64,000 nt of DNA from an uncultured Ignavibacteria bacterium (GTDB lineage Bacteria > Bacteroidota > Ignavibacteria > Ignavibacteriales > Ignavibacteriaceae). Below, one piece after another: positions 59,278 through 64,000 of the stretch. The stretch lies in NCBI GenBank assembly GCA_963792755.1, contig CAWBXQ010000009.1, positions 487,241-551,240 of the forward strand. The letters are read 5' to 3'. The notes under the pieces are model-generated. The model ran no database searches, was not told the origin of the DNA, and worked only from the letters and a program-made list of their open reading frames with translations. Within the stretch, counting starts at the first letter, position 1; every line of letters starts with the position of its first letter. Made by a program: the position numbers and the translations under genes.

Positions 59278-60057
59278 TCAGCCCCTCTCCCACAATATTG
59301 TAAGCACGGAATTATAATTCGGCATTGGTATATTCTGCTCAAACATAAAATAGTCCTTTTTGTAATTTCTGTCTTCCCAGAACCAGGCATCTGCCAATAC
59401 CTCATTGCTGCCGTAGTCTGTTATTGTTTTTCCCTCGTTCATTTCTTTAAATAAATCGGAAGCATAAGAATTGTTATTAACTTCATAACCGGCAGGTATC
59501 CAGTGAAAAGGGAAGTATTTGTTTATGCTCGACCATTTGACTTTCCCATCTGTGCTCATAATAACTGCTATCGGATAACTCCCTGTTGCAGCTATCTTTA
59601 AAGCGGCGGCACTTATCGATACGTTAAAATACTCGGCACTGTTTTTAAATAGATTAATTCCCGGTTTTTCTTTTTTAGTAAATTCTATAAGCCACTCGGT
59701 CGGCATTAAGAGTTCTCCCGCAAAATCATTTGCACTCTGTTCAATTGATTGTGTCGATCTGAATGTAAGCAGGTCGGGCTGGCTGCATCCTTTCATATTT
59801 TTGTTATGACAGAAGAAATGCCCCATTTCATGCGCAGTAACAAAACGTTTCTCTCCCTCGCTTTTTATACCCTTCTCTATTTTAATAATACCGAAGCTTT
59901 TTTGGTGGATTATTTTTCCTAATTCTCCTCTGAGTTCTGCTTCTTCGATTATTAGTTTTTCTCCTATGGCAATTTCACCAAGATTAATATCAGCGGGTCT
60001 TCTGCAGCAATATTCATCTAAAAGCTTTTTTGCTTTTGCCCTTGCTAAGTTATCCAT
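59278..60057 (-). CDS. ImmA/IrrE-family (DUF955-like) zinc metallopeptidase
   Basis: HEXXH motif in VTAHEMGHFFCH followed by ANDFAGELLMP, with an extra ~110-aa C-terminal domain. Confidence 0.7.
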   Translation of the reverse strand: MDNLARAKAKKLLDEYCCRRPADINLGEIAIGEKLIIEEAELRGELGKIIHQKSFGIIKIEKGIKSEGEKRFVTAHEMGHFFCHNKNMKGCSQPDLLTFRSTQSIEQSANDFAGELLMPTEWLIEFTKKEKPGINLFKNSAEYFNVSISAAALKIAATGSYPIAVIMSTDGKVKWSSINKYFPFHWIPAGYEVNNNSYASDLFKEMNEGKTITDYGSNEVLADAWFWEDRNYKKDYFMFEQNIPMPNYNSVLTILWERG

Positions 60058-60448
60058 TCATTTCTTTTTCTTCATCATTGATAATGCCGCTTAGGATTTT
60101 TAGCTTCTCAACCTCCTCGTTAAGTTGTTCCAAATCTTCACGATCGAGATTTCTGCTAAGCTTTCTGTATTCAAATGCTAATTCGTTAATAGTATTTGCC
60201 GATACACTTTGCCCTGCTACTATATTCTTTAGCTTTTCTCGGTACTTTTCAATAATAGCTTTCCCTTTTTCTATCTTTAATTCTGCTCTCGCTTTTTTTA
60301 ATTGCTGAAGAACAATATTTTTTGACCTTTCAGGATTAATGCCTGCATGCGTCAATTCCTTCTCCATTTCTTCAGTATTGTCTTCGTTGTATTCGCTGAA
60401 GAACAAAATGAAATTTTGTAGATTCCTCCCAATCACTGATACCTCCAC
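60050..60448 (-). CDS. hypothetical coiled-coil protein
   Basis: 132 aa, charged and helical. Overlaps the ImmA-like gene by 8 nt. Confidence 0.4.
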   Translation of the reverse strand: MEVSVIGRNLQNFILFFSEYNEDNTEEMEKELTHAGINPERSKNIVLQQLKKARAELKIEKGKAIIEKYREKLKNIVAGQSVSANTINELAFEYRKLSRNLDREDLEQLNEEVEKLKILSGIINDEEKEMNG

Positions 60449-60455
60449 CGTTATT

Positions 60456-61211
60456 TTATAAGCGAATTTTTTTTGCCAGGTTCTTTATTCGTTTTTTTGC
60501 ATTTTCAACTTCACTTACAGTTATGTTTAAATCTTCTGCAATTTGAATATTTGTATCTGCCTCATCTGTTGAATATGTCCTTTCTATTATTTGCTCAAAT
60601 ACATAATATCCTTCTATGTCGTTCTTAGCTTCCAATTCCATAAAGCATTTTTGTTTGAATTTTTCGACATCGTTTCTAAACTCATCATCTTTCAGATCTT
60701 CATTTGTATATGCCCTTATAAGTTCCGGTAGATTATTTTCATTTAAGAATCCCTCTTTATCATAATGATCAATATATTCTATTGCCCCTTTTCTTTTTTG
60801 ATTCTTTATCCTTTTCCGCTCGTTCCGTATGTAGCTGATAACCGCCATTAAAACAAGATGAATAATATTCGGTGTTCTTTTTTTATCCCATTTTCTCTTT
60901 CCTTTAATTAATTTTTCCATAATTATCTGTACAACATCTTCTGCCGAATTCGATTCTATAGTATCTTTTTTGAAATATAGCCGTATCTGTTTTAATGCAT
61001 AATAAAGTAATTTTGTTTGCAGCTTGGGGTCATTTTTGTAAGCTTCTTCCAGGGCATCGATTATTTCTGCCCGGGAAGCATAACCGGGGAAAATATCATC
61101 TTCCCCATCTTTGTCTCCTTCTTCTTTTATTTTATTCCCTCTCTCTTTTTCCTGATCTGGACAATTACTATCAGGACTTGTTTCCTCTGCAGGATACCGC
61201 ATAGTACTCAT
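60456..61211 (-). CDS. sigma-70-family (ECF-like) sigma factor candidate with an acidic N-terminal extension
   Basis: Region-2-like segment (AEDVVQIIMEKLIKG...HLVLMAVISYIRNERKR) and region-4 HTH-like segment (IQIAEDLNITVSEVENAKKRIKNLAKK). Confidence 0.5.
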   Translation of the reverse strand: MSTMRYPAEETSPDSNCPDQEKERGNKIKEEGDKDGEDDIFPGYASRAEIIDALEEAYKNDPKLQTKLLYYALKQIRLYFKKDTIESNSAEDVVQIIMEKLIKGKRKWDKKRTPNIIHLVLMAVISYIRNERKRIKNQKRKGAIEYIDHYDKEGFLNENNLPELIRAYTNEDLKDDEFRNDVEKFKQKCFMELEAKNDIEGYYVFEQIIERTYSTDEADTNIQIAEDLNITVSEVENAKKRIKNLAKKIRL

Positions 61212-61589
61212 CAGTTTCCTCCATGTTGTTGGGGTTTTATTAATAGTTACTCTTAATTACAATCATTTTGCCGTTTGCATCAAAAAAAATTGATGGAAAA
61301 ACCATTACGCAAAAAAGTAGTTACCTGTAAAAGAATTAATCGCAGGAAATAATTGAATCGTAAATCACAATACACCCATAAACCCATATTTGTTAAATGC
61401 GCTTTTACAAGCTAACAAAAAAAATTAAAAAATCAATTTCAGTTTTTGAAAGGAAGCAGCAGTATCCTATTCTCAGTTCACTTCCGTCTTGCTTCCGTTT
61501 AAATTCCGTTTCTTTCAAAATGATTCCACAATTCAAAACTTTAAAGTTTAAAAAACAGGCTGATAAGAAAAGTAAAATACCCCGCGCTC

Positions 61590-62250
61590 CTCCCGTACCA
61601 CAGATTACTAAATCTGTGCCGGCATATTAACCCGTACCACAGATTATTAAATCTGTGCTAAACATTAACCCACAGTTTTAACTGTGGGAGTAAAAGCAAA
61701 AAACTAAATCTCAATAACCGTTTCAACGGTTTTAAGAAGAGATTTAGAGAAGTTAACCCGTACCACAGATTACTAAATCTGTGCTAAACATTAACCCACA
61801 GTTTTAACTGTGGGGAGGTAAAGCAAAAAACTAGATCTCAATAACCGTTTTAACGGTTTAAAGAATAGATTTAGAGAAGTTAACCCGTACCACAGATTAC
61901 TAAATCTGTGCTAAACATTAACCCACAGTTTTAACTGTGGGGAGGTAAAGCAAAAAAACTAAATCTCAATAACCGTTTCAACGGTTTAAAGAAGAGATTT
62001 AGAGAAGTTAACCCGTACCACAGATTACTAAATCTGTGCTAAACATTAACCCACAGTTTTAACTGTGGGGAGGTAAAGCAAAAAAACTAAATCTCAATAA
62101 CCGTTTCAACGGTTTAAAGAAGAGATTTAGGGAGAAGTTAACCCGTACCACAGATTACTAAATCTGTGCTAAACATTAACCCACAGTTTTAACTGTGGGA
62201 GTAAAGCAAAAAAACTAAATCTCAATAATCGTTTCAACGGTTTTAAGATA
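61590..62250 (+). repeat. tandem repeat array B: about 127-bp unit, about 5 copies
   Basis: TTAACCCGTACCACAGATTA recurs at about 61627, 61753, 61880, 62008 and 62138. Each unit holds hairpins CACAGAT...ATCTGTG, CCCACAGTT...AACTGTGGG and AACCGTT...AACGGTT. The last is nested in a CTAAATCTC...GAGATTTAG stem. Confidence 0.9.
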
Positions 62251-62283
62251 ACACTAACTAATAAAACATAAGGAATAAACAAA

Positions 62284-62967
62284 ATGGCTAATTTAAAAAG
62301 ACAAGTCCTCGGTAAAGTAAGCGGCTCACTCGGTGATATCGTTTTTCGTGAGCGAAATGGTAAAAATATTCTGGGATTAAAACCTTCCTCGTATAGCCTT
62401 CCGCAGGATCCGGCATCTGTTGCACGCCGAGGCAAGTTCAGAATAGCAACAAAACTGTCTGCCGCAATAAATTCAAACGCCCAATTAAAATCGATATGGA
62501 AGTTACAGACTCCTTCCGGGTTAAGCGTGGCAAATTATTTACTTCAGTCTAACTATACATTTGTAAACCCTGAAACTCTCGGTAATTCTATTCTATTGGT
62601 TCCTGCCGGAGGTTTTCCTTTCTCTGTTGCAACCGTTGATAAAACTTCCTCTCAAATTCAGGTAACTGCAAATGCAATCGGTACAAATAATGGTATAGAC
62701 ACAGGTGTCGAAGTTAAAATTCAGATGCTGTCTCTACTGTTTATGTCTAATCCTTCCGGAGAAAACGCTTCTCCATACACTTTTTCTCTTTTATCTTCGG
62801 GCGAAGTAGACATATCTCTCACTGATCAGCTTATTTTCACTTCTCCTTTAAATGGAAGTGAAACAATGTTATATGAGCAGTATCAGGATCATACTGTATA
62901 CTTTGCTCTGTTAACTCTTGACGCTGAAGAAAAAATAATTCATCATTCAATTACTCTGAATGGATAA
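62284..62967 (+). CDS. hypothetical protein (possibly DUF6266-like)
   Basis: Intact 227-aa ORF with an RBS-like AAGGAA upstream. The N-terminal GKVSGSLGDIVFRERNGKNI pattern recalls a Bacteroidota family of unknown function. This is from memory only. Confidence 0.45.
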   Translation: MANLKRQVLGKVSGSLGDIVFRERNGKNILGLKPSSYSLPQDPASVARRGKFRIATKLSAAINSNAQLKSIWKLQTPSGLSVANYLLQSNYTFVNPETLGNSILLVPAGGFPFSVATVDKTSSQIQVTANAIGTNNGIDTGVEVKIQMLSLLFMSNPSGENASPYTFSLLSSGEVDISLTDQLIFTSPLNGSETMLYEQYQDHTVYFALLTLDAEEKIIHHSITLNG

Positions 62968-63037
62968 ATCCTGAACCTTCCCCTCCTGCTCTCAGGGCAG
63001 GTGGGGGGAGGGGTATCGGAATCCTGCATCAAGTATC

Positions 63038-63148
63038 AACTAATAACCCAATAACTCAATAACCCAATAACTTAATAACCCAATAACTTAATAACCCAAT
63101 AACTTAATAACCCAATAACTTAATAACCCAATAACTAATAACCTCTCA
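63038..63148. repeat. octanucleotide tandem repeat (AATAACYY), about 13 units
   Basis: AATAACCC AATAACTC AATAACCC AATAACTT ... read directly. A shorter, related run lies at about 58801-58840. Confidence 0.9.
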
Positions 63149-63413
63149 TCATTCTGAGCCGAAGGCGAAGAATCTCATTCGACATCTATCTTCCATTTTA
63201 CATCATCCATCTTCCATTATTTCTCCCTTTCACATTTACTCATCATCCCATCATCTCCCACAATGACCAACGTCAATTGCCAACTGAATTACAACGAATG
63301 ACAATTGAATTACCACAAATGACTACTATTCACTCACCATTGTCCTTTTAATTCGTATTACCTTTCCTTATATTTGCACTCTAAAATGCTAAAATTACCA
63401 TAAAAAAGGGTAT

Positions 63414-64000
63414 ATGATAAGTCTAAAATCTCTCAATGAGGAACAAAAAAAAGCAGTAAAACAATCCGACGGACCAATTATGATTGTTGCCGGTGCCGGT
63501 TCGGGAAAAACACGTGTTCTCACTTATAAGGTAGCATATCTGATTGATAATGGAGTAAACCCGGAAAATATTCTTGCTTTGACCTTTACTAATAAGGCTG
63601 CAAAAGAAATGAAAGAAAGAATTACTGAACTGGTCGGCAGTAAAGCAAGCTCTATCTGGATGGGAACTTTCCACTCTATTTTTGCAAGGATTTTAAGAAT
63701 TGAATCGAAGCAGATTGGATATGAAAGTAATTTCTCGATTTATGATGCTGAAGATTCCCATTCACTTGTTTCAAATATTATATCGAATTTTAACATAGAA
63801 CTTGAAGCAATTACTTCCAATGCTATAAAACACAAGATAAGCTTTTTCAAAAACAATATGGTTCTTCCAGCTGAGTTTAAGAAAAAACATGTCCACACTT
63901 TCATAGATGAAAAAGTTGCTGAAATATTCGAAGAATATCAGAAGCGTCTGGTTGAAAACAATGCAATGGATTTTGAAGATCTTCTTCTTAAACCGATAGA
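63414..64000 (+). CDS. UvrD/PcrA/Rep-family DNA helicase, N-terminal part (continues past the window)
   Basis: My own translation from the ATG at 63414: MISLKSLNEEQKKAVKQSDGPIMIVAGAGSGKTRVLTYKVAYLI...LALTFTNKAAKEMKERI...GTFHSIFARIL (helicase motifs Q, I, Ia, Ib). No stop before the window end. Confidence 0.9.
   Translation, partial: MISLKSLNEEQKKAVKQSDGPIMIVAGAGSGKTRVLTYKVAYLIDNGVNPENILALTFTNKAAKEMKERITELVGSKASSIWMGTFHSIFARILRIESKQIGYESNFSIYDAEDSHSLVSNIISNFNIELEAITSNAIKHKISFFKNNMVLPAEFKKKHVHTFIDEKVAEIFEEYQKRLVENNAMDFEDLLLKPI

Noticed and set aside
61397-61630. ORFs lying in repeat DNA (61397..61630, 62169..62435, 45335..45523, 58893..59123, 59218..59454, 59202..59405, 12324..12527, 63423..63674)
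   Set aside because: Their translations derive from hairpin or oligonucleotide repeats or from the antisense of other genes. 63423..63674 is antisense to the UvrD-family helicase. 12324..12527 overlaps the out-of-frame ada C-terminus and a REP hairpin.

Overview
AT-rich bacterial chromosomal window. Gene content and repeat types suggest an Ignavibacteria / Bacteroidota-Chlorobi-like lineage, but that is inference only. No rRNA, tRNA or CRISPR array was recognised.

Core content:
- Transporters (OPT, MFS, ClC) and def-fmt.
- A sulfur/Cys-Met cluster: CBS-type cysteine synthase, cystathionine lyase, a MerR regulator with a Cys-rich tail, an octaheme cytochrome c plus cytochrome b, split YeeE/YedE with a rhodanese-like tail, and an OAH-sulfhydrylase-like enzyme.
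- xseAB, dxs, a PhoB/PhoR-like two-component pair, rplU-rpmA, two divergent malate dehydrogenase paralogs, nuoABCDEF and ferritin.

Accessory content:
- An AT-rich orphan 601-aa protein with a PD-(D/E)xK-like nuclease motif.
- An IS200/IS3 chimeric remnant.
- vapBC and a decayed nucleotidyltransferase pair.
- A complete curli-type amyloid locus (csgE, csgF, csgG fused to an OMP barrel, two curlin-repeat proteins, a CsgH-like protein) next to a sigma-54 activator.
- A sigma-factor / coiled-coil / ImmA-protease operon.

Most unusual sequence-level signals:
1. A modular family of roughly 100-nt three-hairpin elements. The TTAAC...GTTAA stems covary between copies. The family has expanded into two tandem arrays, 151 bp x ~4 and ~127 bp x ~5.
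2. Oligonucleotide (6-8 nt) tandem repeats and composite direct repeats that bracket the accessory segments.
3. More than 15 genes interrupted by single-base frameshifts, including essential ones. Several frameshifts sit in homopolymers, which points to consensus errors rather than real decay.

Coordinates of repeats and hairpins were counted by hand and may be off by 1-2 nt.
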